A DNA stretch of 64,000 nucleotides, taken from contig JAAYAC010000146.1 of the NCBI GenBank assembly GCA_012719535.1, positions 10,337 to 74,336 of the forward strand, given 5' to 3'. The position numbers and the translations under genes were made by a program. Position 1 is the first letter of the stretch, and the number at the start of each line of letters is the position of its first letter. This DNA comes from Syntrophomonadaceae bacterium (lineage in GTDB: Bacteria; Bacillota; Syntrophomonadia; Syntrophomonadales; Syntrophothermaceae). Shown piece by piece: positions 28,872 to 38,686 of this stretch. Under the pieces are notes generated by a model. The model was given only the letters and a program-made list of their open reading frames with translations. It was not told the origin of the DNA and searched no databases.

Positions 28872-29608
28872 GGTCCCGCCTCCTCGACACTATACTTGAC
28901 AATTCCCGAAAATATAGCATAGGCCACGCGGGCCTGGTAAGCCTCATCGGACAACAGGGCTTCTTCGCGAGGGTTCGACAGAAAGCCCACTTCTACGATT
29001 ACTGCGGGCATCCTGCTTCGATCCGTTATGAAGTAGGTCGCTTGCTTGGCCTCCCGCTTAGTATTCCCTAAAACACGTTTCAACTCCACCTGAACACAGT
29101 GGGCTATCTGCTTGCCTGCTTCACTGTCCCCACAGTAGAATACCTGCGCGCCGCTCCAGCGAGGACACACATCGGCATTGCAATGTATGCTTATATAAAG
29201 GTCGGCCCGTGCTTGGTTGGCCTTCTCTATCCTTCTCGCCAGGTCCTGCCTCTTTCTTTCGAGAAGACTTCCTTGAAATCCTTCACTGGCCAGGTCAGAA
29301 TCATCTTCCCGCGTCATTACCACTACCGCTCCGGCCTGGCTCAGGTAAGCGGCCAGGCGTTTGGCTATTGCCAGGTTTACATGTTTCTCCAGGGTGCCGT
29401 TTTTTCCAATAGCTCCCGGGTCTATTCCCCCGTGCCCCGGGTCGATAACCACAACCTTGTTGGCCACCGCGTACGATAAGACGGTGTAGTCTTCATCGGC
29501 GGTAACCTGCAGCCCCCCCAAGAAAAGGAATATAGCCAGCACGGTAACTACCACTGTGCTCGCCTTCTTCCGGGGAACAACGATTACCCTGAACCCCCGC
29601 ACAACCAT
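28868..29608 (-). CDS. cwlD: N-acetylmuramoyl-L-alanine amidase, CwlD-like (germination-specific)
   Basis: 246 aa with an N-terminal TM segment and Amidase_3 motifs VVIDPGHGGIDPGA and ISIHCNA. It sits after rplM-rpsI, as cwlD does in Bacillus. Confidence 0.8.
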   Translation of the reverse strand: MVVRGFRVIVVPRKKASTVVVTVLAIFLFLGGLQVTADEDYTVLSYAVANKVVVIDPGHGGIDPGAIGKNGTLEKHVNLAIAKRLAAYLSQAGAVVVMTREDDSDLASEGFQGSLLERKRQDLARRIEKANQARADLYISIHCNADVCPRWSGAQVFYCGDSEAGKQIAHCVQVELKRVLGNTKREAKQATYFITDRSRMPAVIVEVGFLSNPREEALLSDEAYQARVAYAIFSGIVKYSVEEAGP

Positions 29609-29690
29609 CCCCTCCAGCTGCCGGTCAAAGGAACGGCCATTCTTTCACTATACTTGTATATGCTGAGTGAGGATGGTTTATAAGGATCAT

Positions 29691-29718
29691 AAAAATAAAG
29701 GAAGGTACGAGACCTTCC
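29691..29718 (-). terminator. rho-independent terminator after rpsI
   Basis: Minus strand reads GGAAGG-TCTCGTA-CCTTCC-TTTATTTTT, starting directly after the rpsI stop codon. Confidence 0.8.
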
Positions 29719-29719
29719 T

Positions 29720-30112
29720 CTAGCGTTTCGAGTATTGCGGGGCTTTACGAGCCTTATGCAGACCGTATTTTCTCCTTTCTTTCATGCGCGGGTCCCTGGT
29801 CAGGAAACCGGCTCTTCGCAACTGCTGCCTCAAATCAGGGTTGGCACGCACCAACGCCCGGGCTATACCCAACCGGATTGCCCCGGCCTGGCCCGTTATC
29901 CCGCCGCCGTTTACCCTGGCCACCACGTCAAATCTTCCCGCCAGCCCAGTAAGCTCAAGAGGCTGCATAACTATAAGCCTCCGGGTCCGGTTAGGGAAGA
30001 AGTCTTCAAACTTTCGCCCGTTGATGATGATGTTACCGTCACCCGGCAGCAATCTGACCCGGGCTACGGCAGTCTTTCTCCTGCCAGTTCCCCAGTACTG
30101 AACCTTCGCCAT
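29720..30112 (-). CDS. rpsI: 30S ribosomal protein S9
   Basis: 130 aa. N-terminus is [21 protein letters not shown] and the C-terminus is [11 protein letters not shown]. Confidence 0.97.
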   Translation of the reverse strand: MAKVQYWGTGRRKTAVARVRLLPGDGNIIINGRKFEDFFPNRTRRLIVMQPLELTGLAGRFDVVARVNGGGITGQAGAIRLGIARALVRANPDLRQQLRRAGFLTRDPRMKERRKYGLHKARKAPQYSKR

Positions 30113-30124
30113 GCTACCGCCTCC

Positions 30125-30565
30125 TTACCCTCTTATTTCCCAGGCCTCAGGCTTCTGGGCCTGGTGGGGATGCACAGGTCCCCGATATACTTTGAGTTTC
30201 TTGAACATCTGCCTGCCCAGCCGGTTGTGGGGTAGCATTCCTCTTACCGCGGCTTCCACCGCTCTCTCGGGATGTTTCTGCAACAGGGTAGCGTAATTGA
30301 TCTGCCGTAAACCTCCGGGATAGCGGGTATGGTAAATAAAGTTCTTTCGCTGCAGCTTGTTTCCGGTAAGCCTGACCTTTTCCGCATTCACGACAATAAC
30401 AAAGTCCCCGGTGTCAACATGGGGCGTATAGACGGGTTTATGTTTGCCTCGTAGCAGAATCGCTACCTGGCTCGCCAGCCTTCCCAGGGTCTTGCCGGCA
30501 GCGTCCACAACATACCACTTGCGTTCAACCTCTCCGGCGCTGGCCATATAGGTTTTCAAGGTCAT
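30125..30565 (-). CDS. rplM: 50S ribosomal protein L13
   Basis: The ORF extends to 30586. Starting at the ATG at 30565 ([22 protein letters not shown]) gives 146 aa, which matches the length and N-terminus of Bacillus L13. Confidence 0.93.
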   Translation of the reverse strand: MTLKTYMASAGEVERKWYVVDAAGKTLGRLASQVAILLRGKHKPVYTPHVDTGDFVIVVNAEKVRLTGNKLQRKNFIYHTRYPGGLRQINYATLLQKHPERAVEAAVRGMLPHNRLGRQMFKKLKVYRGPVHPHQAQKPEAWEIRG

Positions 30566-30679
30566 TCCTCCCTGCTTCGCCGTCATTAGATTTATCTGGT
30601 TTACCTGGCCACGGGGCTCTGCAACCAGGTATTTCCCATTGTTACACTCCTTAATGTTACGAAAAACTACCTGCGCTTG

Positions 30680-31414
30680 TCAATAAAATACCTTCATCAG
30701 GTAAAGCCCCTGCGCCGGGGCGGTCTGTCCTGCCCGTGACCGGTCACAGGCAGCCAGTATCTCTCCAACCCCGGGGGGCGGGATTTTTCCCTTGCCCACC
30801 GCCAGCAGGGTCCCTACCATTATTCGGACCATGTTATATAAAAACCCGTTGGCCTGCACATCGAACACCAGGAAGGGAGGGGTTGCGGTGACGGTGAGGG
30901 AACGTACCTCCCTCACGAAGCTCCTGACCCCGCTCCCGCTGGCACAAAAAGAGCGAAAGTCGTGAGTTCCTACCAGATGTGCTGCCGCCTCCTGCATAGC
31001 CGGCAAGTCCAGGGAACCGCTAACCAGGCAGGCCAAATGGCGATAGAAAAGGTAGCCGGCTTCCTGCCTGTACACCAGGTATCGGTACCACTTGCCTCGC
31101 GCATCGTAACGAGGGTGAAACCTGGGAGCAGCCTCCCGGCTCTCTACCACCCTTATGTCCGGAGGCAGCACCGAATTCAGGGCAGGAGCAAACCTCTCCG
31201 GCGGTATACAAGAACCAGTATCGAAGGCAATTACCTGTCCCCGGGCGTGAACCCCGGCATCCGTTCGCCCGGCCGCCAGCAAGCGTACTTCCTCCCCGGT
31301 GATCTTCTTCACCGCCTCCAGCAAAGTTGATTCCACCGTAACCGTGCCCGGCTGTCTTTGAAAACCGTGATACCTGGTCCCTTCATATTCCAGTGTGGCC
31401 CGGATCCTGGTCAT
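30680..31414 (-). CDS. truA: tRNA pseudouridine(38-40) synthase
   Basis: 244 aa from the ATG at 31414 (MTRIRATLEYEGTRYHGFQRQ), which forms an ATGA overlap with the ecfT stop. The catalytic region is GRTDAGVHA. The longer track ORF is a 5' extension. Confidence 0.93.
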   Translation of the reverse strand: MTRIRATLEYEGTRYHGFQRQPGTVTVESTLLEAVKKITGEEVRLLAAGRTDAGVHARGQVIAFDTGSCIPPERFAPALNSVLPPDIRVVESREAAPRFHPRYDARGKWYRYLVYRQEAGYLFYRHLACLVSGSLDLPAMQEAAAHLVGTHDFRSFCASGSGVRSFVREVRSLTVTATPPFLVFDVQANGFLYNMVRIMVGTLLAVGKGKIPPPGVGEILAACDRSRAGQTAPAQGLYLMKVFY

Positions 31415-32235
31415 AAATGCATCCCGGCAAGCCTTACCCCTACCGCCGCCAGCAGCGCTCCCGCCAGAAACAAGTAATCCGCCTCCCGCATTCGCAACTC
31501 CCTTAGTCTGGTCCGGCCCCCGCCTCCCGCGTAACACCTAACCTCCATAGCCAACGCCAGGTCGTCCGCCCTCCGCAACGCCTTTATAAATAGGGGAACC
31601 AAAACGGAAGACAGGTTCCGGGCCCGGGTGATAAGGTTGCCGGATTCGAAGTCCGCACCCCGTGAAACCTGGGCTTTGACTATCTTCTCGGATTCTTCAT
31701 AAAAGACGGGAATGAAACGCAAGGCTATACTCATGACCATAGCCAGCTCGTGGGCTGGAACCCCCAGCCTCCGCAGCGGGGATAGCAACCTCTCTATCCC
31801 GTCGATCAGGCTTACCGGGGACGTAGTGAAGGTAAGTAGCTGGGCTATGATGAAGAGTAGCACCAACCTGGCCGTCATCACCAGGGCCAGGGTCAGTCCC
31901 TGTCGGGTTATGGTTACCAGACGCCATTGCAGGAGTGGCTCACCGGGGACCATAAACAACTGAATCAGGAAATTGAGGGCTACAAGTATGAATAGCGGTT
32001 TCATGCCCCGAAAATAAAGTAACCATGGGACACGGGTCAGGAAGACTAGAATGGCGATGCACCCGGTAACCAGAACCAATCCCCAACCGCTGCCTGCCGC
32101 CAGTACCGCTACCATGGCAATGAGCGTGAGCAATAGCTTGGTCCGCGGGTCCAGATTATGTATAACCGACTCCACCGGGACATATTGTCCAATCGTTACG
32201 CCGGTAAACACTCCAGGTCTTCCCCTCCACTTCAT
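31411..32235 (-). CDS. ecfT: ECF transporter transmembrane component
   Basis: 274 aa multi-TM protein. Contains the N-terminal GQYVPVESVIHNLDPRTK motif and the ARG/ALRRADDLALAME coupling helices. The exact start is uncertain. Confidence 0.88.
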   Translation of the reverse strand: MKWRGRPGVFTGVTIGQYVPVESVIHNLDPRTKLLLTLIAMVAVLAAGSGWGLVLVTGCIAILVFLTRVPWLLYFRGMKPLFILVALNFLIQLFMVPGEPLLQWRLVTITRQGLTLALVMTARLVLLFIIAQLLTFTTSPVSLIDGIERLLSPLRRLGVPAHELAMVMSIALRFIPVFYEESEKIVKAQVSRGADFESGNLITRARNLSSVLVPLFIKALRRADDLALAMEVRCYAGGGGRTRLRELRMREADYLFLAGALLAAVGVRLAGMHL

Positions 32236-32309
32236 ACGGGATTGATGCGTGACAGCGCCAGCCCATTATGTCCGGGCAAAACAACGACCAACTTAGGTTC
32301 ACCGAATTT

Positions 32310-32705
32310 CTACTGAATATCCGCACCTGGGCAACGTTGCCTGAGTACATTTAAGAATTCTCTAGTTTCGGCCGGTGCGATGAGGATGGCGTCCCCGCGG
32401 CCGTAGCTGATCTCCAACCGGTCGAACGAAAGGGCAGGACTGGCCGTCATGCTCCGGCTCCGCCGCACTCTTTGAATCGACTCCAGCGGAATCTTCCACT
32501 GGAGCGGTCCCGCTTTGACCTGCAATTCGGTTGGGCTGATGGTGTAGCCGGTCGTGGTCCATACCCAGCCCACAAACAAGGTAAAGGGGGCCGCAAGCAG
32601 CACATCAAACCAGCGGGAATGATACAACAATAGAGTCAAGGGTATTCCGACCCCAACCAGGAGAACGATACCCAGCCAGAGATCCCGTTTAGGAGAAAAA
32701 TACAC
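32310..32705 (-). CDS. small membrane protein with a bacterial PH-like domain (hypothetical)
   Basis: 131 aa. Two N-terminal TM helices are followed by a soluble domain (YTISPTELQVKAGPLQWKIPLESIQRV) reminiscent of bPH/YdbS-type domains. The assignment is tentative. Confidence 0.55.
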   Translation of the reverse strand: MYFSPKRDLWLGIVLLVGVGIPLTLLLYHSRWFDVLLAAPFTLFVGWVWTTTGYTISPTELQVKAGPLQWKIPLESIQRVRRSRSMTASPALSFDRLEISYGRGDAILIAPAETREFLNVLRQRCPGADIQ

Positions 32706-32768
32706 AAAAATTCACCCCTTTTATACACAATGGCGCCAATGGTTGGTTCTCCATCATCGCCGGTGCTT

Positions 32769-33638
32769 TCACCGGGTAAAGTATTTGGCACCAAACACCC
32801 GCTCGATCTCGTCCGCCACCTCTTCCAGGGTAATAAGGGCCGGGTCGAGCTCCGGCCGGCATTCTTTCAGCTTCCATACCAGCTCGTTCAGGAAGGGTAG
32901 TTCTAGCCCGGCTGCCAGTATCTCCTCCCGGCGGGCCATCATCTCCCGGGTGCGTCCCTCCATGAACAACCGGCCCCGGTTTAGTATCACCAACCGGTCG
33001 CAGGTAGCCGTTACGTCTTCCAAATGGTGCGAAACCAGAACGACCGTGGTATTGTAGTGCCGGACGAGATAACGAATGACTCCCAGCAGGCGGTGCCGAC
33101 TCTGTGGATCCAGTCCGGCACCAGGTTCATCCAACAGCAGGTACTTGGGCCGCATCGCCAGGGTTCCGGCCAGCGCTACGCGTCGTTTCTGCCCCCCGCT
33201 GAGTTCATGCGGTGAACGGTGTTTGAGCTCGTCGTAGGGAAGGCCGACCAGTTCCATGGCCCAACGAACACTCGCAGCGATTTCCTTTTCCGGCAGCCTC
33301 CGGTTACGCAACCCGAAGGCAATATCGTCATACACCGTATGCTCGAACAACTGTTCCTCCGGGGACTGAAATACCAGCCCCACCTTGTTCCGCAGGAGTA
33401 TGAGGTCTTTCCCTTTAAGCCGGCTGGTCGGTACCCCGTCGACCCATACCTGCCCCGAGGTTGGTTTCAGTAGACCATTGAGCAGCTGGAGAAAGGTCGT
33501 TTTACCTGAGCCGGTAGGACCGATAACCCCAGTAATTTCGCCTTCTGGAATGGTACAGGTGATGTTGTGCAAGGCCTCGGTCTTAAACGGGGTGTCTATT
33601 TGATATGTAAGGCAGACTTCCTCTAGGTGGATTGACAT
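32769..33638 (-). CDS. ecfA2: ECF transporter ATPase component A2
   Basis: 289 aa ABC ATPase with Walker A GPTGSGKTT, signature LSGGQKRRVA and Walker B LLLDEP. Confidence 0.9.
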   Translation of the reverse strand: MSIHLEEVCLTYQIDTPFKTEALHNITCTIPEGEITGVIGPTGSGKTTFLQLLNGLLKPTSGQVWVDGVPTSRLKGKDLILLRNKVGLVFQSPEEQLFEHTVYDDIAFGLRNRRLPEKEIAASVRWAMELVGLPYDELKHRSPHELSGGQKRRVALAGTLAMRPKYLLLDEPGAGLDPQSRHRLLGVIRYLVRHYNTTVVLVSHHLEDVTATCDRLVILNRGRLFMEGRTREMMARREEILAAGLELPFLNELVWKLKECRPELDPALITLEEVADEIERVFGAKYFTR

Positions 33639-34444
33639 AGTATCTCGGCCAGTTCATCCACTCGGTGGACCCGGGGATCGATGGCGAAACCCCGGCGGTT
33701 GAGTTCCGCAACCAGGCGGGTAGCAGGGAGCGGCTCCAGCCCGAGGGCGGTAAGCTCTTCCGCCCGGGCGAGGATGTCTTGCGGTGTACCGGCTAGGCGC
33801 ACCGAGCCTTTGTCCATAACCAAGACCCGCTTAGCCCAAACTGCCTCCTCCATGAAGTGTGTTATCAGGATAATTCCAACGCCTTCGCTTCGGTTCAGGT
33901 TAACCAGCGTGTCAATAACCTCTTTTCTGCCTCGAATATCCAGCATCGAGGTTGGCTCGTCCAGAACCATAAACCTGGGCTTCATGGCCAGTAGCCCGGC
34001 AATGGCCACGCGTTGTTTTTGTCCCCCAGACAAGAGGTGCAGGGGATGCTTTCTGTATTCCTGCATCCCTACCAGGGTTAGGGCATTATCAACCCTCCGC
34101 CTGGCCTCCGCGGGGGGAAGGCCAAGGTTTTCCGGCCCGAAAGCTACGTCTTCCTCAACAATACTCGATACCAGCTGGTTGTCCGGGTTAGAAAAAAGTA
34201 GGCCCACTTGCTGCCTGATGCTGGGCCCTAAACAAATGTCCCGGGTATCCATTCCCAGGACTTTGACGCTTCCCCTTACAGGGACAAGTATGCCGTTCAG
34301 CAATTTGGCCAGGGTTGACTTCCCTGAACCGTTCCTGCCCAGCACCGCTACAAAGTCCCCCGGCTCTATGGTAATCGTGACGCCATTGACGGCAGGTGCC
34401 CGGCCAGCCTTGTAGTGGTAACTGGCGTCATGTACTTCAATCAT
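33623..34444 (-). CDS. ecfA1: ECF transporter ATPase component A1
   Basis: 273 aa ABC ATPase with Walker A GRNGSGKST, signature LSGGQKQRVA and Walker B MVLDEP. It overlaps the ecfA2 start. Confidence 0.9.
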   Translation of the reverse strand: MIEVHDASYHYKAGRAPAVNGVTITIEPGDFVAVLGRNGSGKSTLAKLLNGILVPVRGSVKVLGMDTRDICLGPSIRQQVGLLFSNPDNQLVSSIVEEDVAFGPENLGLPPAEARRRVDNALTLVGMQEYRKHPLHLLSGGQKQRVAIAGLLAMKPRFMVLDEPTSMLDIRGRKEVIDTLVNLNRSEGVGIILITHFMEEAVWAKRVLVMDKGSVRLAGTPQDILARAEELTALGLEPLPATRLVAELNRRGFAIDPRVHRVDELAEILCQST

Positions 34445-34447
34445 GCT

Positions 34448-34789
34448 TTACTGAACCAGTTCCAGAACTACCAGCGGGGCACCGTCTCCCCTGCGAAAAC
34501 CGGCTTTAGTTATCCGGGTATAACCTCCCGGGCGGTCTCCGTATCGTTCAGCAAGCTGGCCAAACACCTTGTAAACTACCCCTTCGTCCGTCAGATAGGC
34601 AAGGGCTTGCCGCCTGGCGTGGAGGTCCCCTTTCTTACCCAGGGTGATCATCTTATCAGCGATGCGCTTTATTTCTTTGGCCCTGGTTTCGGTGGTGGTA
34701 ATCCTTTCCGTATTTAATAGCGAGGTCACCAGGTTCCTGAGCATGGCTCTCCGGTGACTGCTTCTCCTCCGCAGTTTGCGGTATCCCAT
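34448..34789 (-). CDS. rplQ: 50S ribosomal protein L17
   Basis: 113 aa with N-terminus [20 protein letters not shown]. Confidence 0.97.
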   Translation of the reverse strand: MGYRKLRRRSSHRRAMLRNLVTSLLNTERITTTETRAKEIKRIADKMITLGKKGDLHARRQALAYLTDEGVVYKVFGQLAERYGDRPGGYTRITKAGFRRGDGAPLVVLELVQ

Positions 34790-34806
34790 CTCCTGTTTCC
34801 TCCTCT

Positions 34807-35757
34807 CTACTCTTCCGGCTTTTTAAAGGATAGCCCCAGCTCTTTCAACTTCCGTTCAATCTCGTCCAGGGACTTCTGCCCCAGGTTCCTTATCTTGCCC
34901 ATCTCTTCGCGGGTCTTTTCCACCAGGTCCCCGACTGTATTGATATTGGCCCTCTTTAGTCCATTGGAAGCCCGTACCGAGAGTTCCAGTTCCTCAATGG
35001 ACATATCCAGGACCTTGTTTTTCTTTTCTTCCTCTTTTTCCACCAGAATTTCTACTTCGGCAAAGGTGTCATTAATTTCGGTGAATAGCTTGAGGTATTC
35101 AATCAGTATCTGTGCCGATAGGCTCACCGCCTCCTCGGGCGTGATACTACTGTTGGTCCAGATCTCCAGCATGAGGCGGTCGTAGTCGGTGTAACGGCCG
35201 ACACGGGCGTTCTCCACGGTAAAGTTGACTTTCTTTACCGGAGTGAATATGGAGTCAATCGGTATCAGCCCGATAACGTTCTCGTCCTTCTTTTTTTGAT
35301 CCGCGCTGACATATCCCCGGCCCCTCTTCACCGACATCTCCATAACGAGCCGTCCTTCGTCATTCAGGGTGGCGATATGTAGGTCGGGATTCAGGATCTC
35401 CACTTCCGCATCGCGGGCAATGTCGGCCGCAGTTACTTCCTTTGGCCCTTGCTGCTCCAACCGGAGAATTTTGGGCTGGTCCGATTCATACTTCAACACC
35501 AACTGCTTCAGGTTGAGAATTATTTCGGTCGTGTCCTCAATTACGCCCGGAATGGTGGAAAACTCGTGCAGAACCCCGTCGATCTTGATGGAGTCGATTG
35601 CCGCCCCGGGCAGAGAAGACAAAAGCACCCTGCGCAGGGAATTGCCCAAGGTCGTCCCGAATCCTCTTACCAGAGGCTCTACTACGAACTTCCCGTAGCT
35701 GTTGTCGGTAGATTTCTCTACGCATTCAATCCTAGGTTTCTCCATCTCAAGCATCAC
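34807..35757 (-). CDS. rpoA: DNA-directed RNA polymerase subunit alpha
   Basis: 316 aa. Contains [12 protein letters not shown]...[30 protein letters not shown] and a C-terminal domain with [13 protein letters not shown]. Confidence 0.97.
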   Translation of the reverse strand: MMLEMEKPRIECVEKSTDNSYGKFVVEPLVRGFGTTLGNSLRRVLLSSLPGAAIDSIKIDGVLHEFSTIPGVIEDTTEIILNLKQLVLKYESDQPKILRLEQQGPKEVTAADIARDAEVEILNPDLHIATLNDEGRLVMEMSVKRGRGYVSADQKKKDENVIGLIPIDSIFTPVKKVNFTVENARVGRYTDYDRLMLEIWTNSSITPEEAVSLSAQILIEYLKLFTEINDTFAEVEILVEKEEEKKNKVLDMSIEELELSVRASNGLKRANINTVGDLVEKTREEMGKIRNLGQKSLDEIERKLKELGLSFKKPEE

Positions 35758-35814
35758 AAGTATTACCCTCCTTTTACTGCCCCGCCCGGCCGTTATCGGT
35801 AACAGCTCAGTTTT

Positions 35815-36444
35815 CTAACGTGAGTATAGCTCGACGATGAGGTGTTCGTCGATGGGCACGTCTATATCTTCCCGTCTGGGATAGGCCAGTACCCTGCCGG
35901 AAAGATTATCGGCATTCATTTCTAGCCACTCTGGAGGGGTCTTGTAGGCTGCTTGAGCTTGTATTTCCTTGAACTTGGGAGACTCTTTACTGGCCGGGTT
36001 TACCTCTATGGTATCCCCCACTCGGACCAACATGGAGGGAATGGTGGCTTTCTTACCGTTAAGAAGAAAATGCCCGTGATTGACCAGCTGCCGCGCTTCT
36101 TTTCTAGAACCGGCAAATCCCAAGCGGTAGACTACATTGTCCAGCCTTCTTTCCAGAAGAATAAGAAGGTTGGCGCCGGTTACCCCTGCCTGGCGCTCAG
36201 CTTTTGCAAAGTAGTTGCGGAACTGTCTCTCGAGTACCCCGTAAATCCGCCTGGCTTTCTGTTTTTCCCTCAACTGTAATCCGTATTCGGTCGGCTTGCC
36301 CCGGCGGCTCTTACCGTGTTGTCCCGGACCGTAAGGTTTTCTTTCGACGCCACATTTCTCTGAATAGCATCTTTCACCCTTCAAGTACAGCTTCTCGCCT
36401 TCCCTGCGGCACAGCCGACAAACTGAACCGGTATATCTACCCAC
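35815..36444 (-). CDS. rpsD: 30S ribosomal protein S4 (zinc-finger form)
   Basis: 209 aa with N-terminus [31 protein letters not shown]. Confidence 0.97.
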   Translation of the reverse strand: MGRYTGSVCRLCRREGEKLYLKGERCYSEKCGVERKPYGPGQHGKSRRGKPTEYGLQLREKQKARRIYGVLERQFRNYFAKAERQAGVTGANLLILLERRLDNVVYRLGFAGSRKEARQLVNHGHFLLNGKKATIPSMLVRVGDTIEVNPASKESPKFKEIQAQAAYKTPPEWLEMNADNLSGRVLAYPRREDIDVPIDEHLIVELYSR

Positions 36445-36459
36445 TCGTTGAATACCTCC

Positions 36460-36852
36460 TTAAACTCTTCTTCTCTTGGGCGGCCTGCAACCATTGTGCG
36501 GGATGGGAGTAACATCCTTGATGACACTTACTTCCAGGCCGGCTGCCTGCAGTGAGCGAATGGCCGCTTCTCGGCCGGCTCCCGGTCCTTTGACATAACA
36601 TTCCACTTCCCGGAGTCCGTGCTCCATAGCCGCGCGGGCAGCGGTGTCAGCAGCTTGCTGGGCGGCAAATGGCGTACTCTTACGGGATCCCTTGAAACCT
36701 ACCGTGCCGGCACTAGCCCAGGAAATAACGTTCCCTTTCCGGTCGGTGATGGTAACGGTAGTGTTATTGAAAGTGGACTTAATATGAGCTATGCCATGAT
36801 CAATATTCTTTTTTTCTCTTTTCTTAACCCTGGTAGTAGTTCTACGAGCCAT
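36460..36852 (-). CDS. rpsK: 30S ribosomal protein S11
   Basis: 130 aa. Contains [18 protein letters not shown]. Confidence 0.97.
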   Translation of the reverse strand: MARRTTTRVKKREKKNIDHGIAHIKSTFNNTTVTITDRKGNVISWASAGTVGFKGSRKSTPFAAQQAADTAARAAMEHGLREVECYVKGPGAGREAAIRSLQAAGLEVSVIKDVTPIPHNGCRPPKRRRV

Positions 36853-36869
36853 TTAGCCTATCCCTCCTG

Positions 36870-37241
36870 CTACTTTTTCCGCTTGGCCCCCACCGTGCGG
36901 CGCGGTCCTTTCCGGGTACGGGCGTTGGTCTTGGTGCGCTGCCCACGAACCGGCAGTCCCCGGCGGTGACGGAGACCCCGGTAGCAACCAATATCCATCA
37001 ACCGCTTGATATTCATGGAGATCTCGCGGCGCAAGTCGCCTTCAACCCGGTAGTTCCGGTCAATAACCTCACGCAACTTGGCCACTTCTTCTTCGGTCAG
37101 ATCTTTAACTCGGGTATCCGGATTTATACCTGTTTGCTGGACAATCTTCTCGGCTGAGGACCTGCCTATGCCGAATATATAGGTTAACGCAATTACCACC
37201 CGTTTGTCCCGCGGTAAGTCTACTCCTGCCAGCCTCGCCAA
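36870..37241 (-). CDS. rpsM: 30S ribosomal protein S13
   Basis: 123 aa with N-terminus [26 protein letters not shown]. Confidence 0.97.
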   Translation of the reverse strand: MARLAGVDLPRDKRVVIALTYIFGIGRSSAEKIVQQTGINPDTRVKDLTEEEVAKLREVIDRNYRVEGDLRREISMNIKRLMDIGCYRGLRHRRGLPVRGQRTKTNARTRKGPRRTVGAKRKK

Positions 37242-37258
37242 ATCATTCCACCTCCCGG

Positions 37259-37372
37259 TTAACCTTGCTTTTGTTTATGTTTGGGATTTTCACAGATGAC
37301 CATGACCTTGCCTTTGCGCTTGATTATCTTGCACTTTTCGCAAATAGGCTTCACCGATGGCTTGACTTTCAA
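37259..37372 (-). CDS. rpmJ: 50S ribosomal protein L36 (Cys-containing form)
   Basis: Not in the ORF track (37 aa). TTG start with GGAGG 8 nt upstream. The product is [37 protein letters not shown]. Confidence 0.93.
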   Translation of the reverse strand: MKVKPSVKPICEKCKIIKRKGKVMVICENPKHKQKQG

Positions 37373-37411
37373 CGGATAAACCTCCTTCTCCATTGCAACA
37401 ATTCAGTGGAT

Positions 37412-37630
37412 TTACTTGTACCTGTATATGATCCGGCCGCGATTCAAATCGTAGGGAGAAAGCTCCACCATTACCCTGTCACCGGGTAAGATACGAATGA
37501 AGTTCATTCTCATTTTCCCTGAGATATGGGCAAGGACTTTATGGCCGTTTTCCAGTTCAACCCTGAACATGGCATTGGGTAACGGTTCAATTACCTTTCC
37601 CTCAACTTCAATTACATCTTCCTTAGTCAC
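37412..37630 (-). CDS. infA: translation initiation factor IF-1
   Basis: 72 aa from the GTG at 37630, with AAGGAGG 8 nt upstream. Translation reads (M)[40 protein letters not shown]. The track ORF carries an 11-codon 5' extension. Confidence 0.93.
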   Translation of the reverse strand: MTKEDVIEVEGKVIEPLPNAMFRVELENGHKVLAHISGKMRMNFIRILPGDRVMVELSPYDLNRGRIIYRYK

Positions 37631-37928
37631 CCTCCGGCCCTCCTTCCCGCCAATAACCTTCACCGGCTAAAGCGTCGATCGCTCGCCTTATCAACGCGTT
37701 GTCCAAAGGATCCCCTCTGGCTACCTTTTCCCTGACATCACGGGCCACCCGATTGGTAACCTGCAGGTGCTTCAGATTCTTAGGCTTCGGATTTTCAAGG
37801 GTTCGCAAATCTCCATCCACCACCATAACGAGTCTATCGTTGAGCATCTTCAGGACCAACAGGGCCCTTCCCCGGTCCCGACCGGCCCTGGAGAATACTA
37901 GACGGCCAACCAGATCCTCATCCTGCAT
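37623..37928 (-). CDS. KOW-domain RNA-binding protein (map-infA spacer gene common in Firmicutes)
   Basis: 101 aa. Contains [34 protein letters not shown], a KOW-like motif. Confidence 0.7.
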   Translation of the reverse strand: MQDEDLVGRLVFSRAGRDRGRALLVLKMLNDRLVMVVDGDLRTLENPKPKNLKHLQVTNRVARDVREKVARGDPLDNALIRRAIDALAGEGYWREGGPEGD

Positions 37929-37939
37929 ACCCGTCTCCT

Positions 37940-38686
37940 TTACCCCTTTGTCAATATCTCCGGCCCGCCCGCCGTAATAGCTACCGTATGCTCGAAATGG
38001 GCCGAATACTTGCCATCCCTGGTAACTACCGTCCAGTGGTCCGGCAGGGTATATACCTCGAAAGTACCCATGTTCACCATCGGCTCTATCGCCAGCGTCA
38101 TACCCGGCTGCAGAATCGGCCCCCGTGTGGGCTTCCCGTAGTTGGGCACCGGCGGTTCTTCATGCATGCTGGTACCTATGCCGTGCCCCACATACTGTCT
38201 TACCACGGAGAAGCCGTGCGATTCGGCATGAGCTTGGATAGCATGGGATATGTTTCCCAGGTGGCACCCGACCCGGGCTGCTTCTATCGCCCGGTCAAGA
38301 CATTCCCTGGTTATTCTAATCAATTCCTCCACTTCAGGTGCTACTTCTCCCACCGCCACGGTAATGGCTGCATCCCCAAAATATCCTTCAACAATGGACC
38401 CTATGTCGATACTTACGATATCCCCTTCCTTCAACCTTCTGGCTCCCGGGATGCCATGTACCACCTGTTCATTGATGGAAGCACATATGGTGGCCGGAAA
38501 CCCGTTATATCCCTTGAAGGCTGGCTGCGCTCCCAACTTGCGCAGGGTCCGCTCGGCAATATCGTCAAGTCTCGCGGTGGTAATTCCCGGTTTGATAGCT
38601 GTCTCGATTTCCTGGAGAGTAATCGCAACCACGCGGCCCGCCTTGCGCATAAGGTCAAGTTCACGCTCGGTCTTGATGGAGATCAT
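37940..38686 (-). CDS. map: type I methionine aminopeptidase
   Basis: 248 aa. Metal ligand contexts are DIVSIDIG, GHGIG and FEHTV. Confidence 0.95.
   Translation of the reverse strand: MISIKTERELDLMRKAGRVVAITLQEIETAIKPGITTARLDDIAERTLRKLGAQPAFKGYNGFPATICASINEQVVHGIPGARRLKEGDIVSIDIGSIVEGYFGDAAITVAVGEVAPEVEELIRITRECLDRAIEAARVGCHLGNISHAIQAHAESHGFSVVRQYVGHGIGTSMHEEPPVPNYGKPTRGPILQPGMTLAIEPMVNMGTFEVYTLPDHWTVVTRDGKYSAHFEHTVAITAGGPEILTKG

Noticed and set aside
30587-30679. Possible L13 leader RNA upstream of rplM (hairpin ACCTGG...CCAGGT).
   Set aside because: There is only one short 6-bp stem and I do not recognise a conserved motif. I cannot support the call without a covariance-model search.
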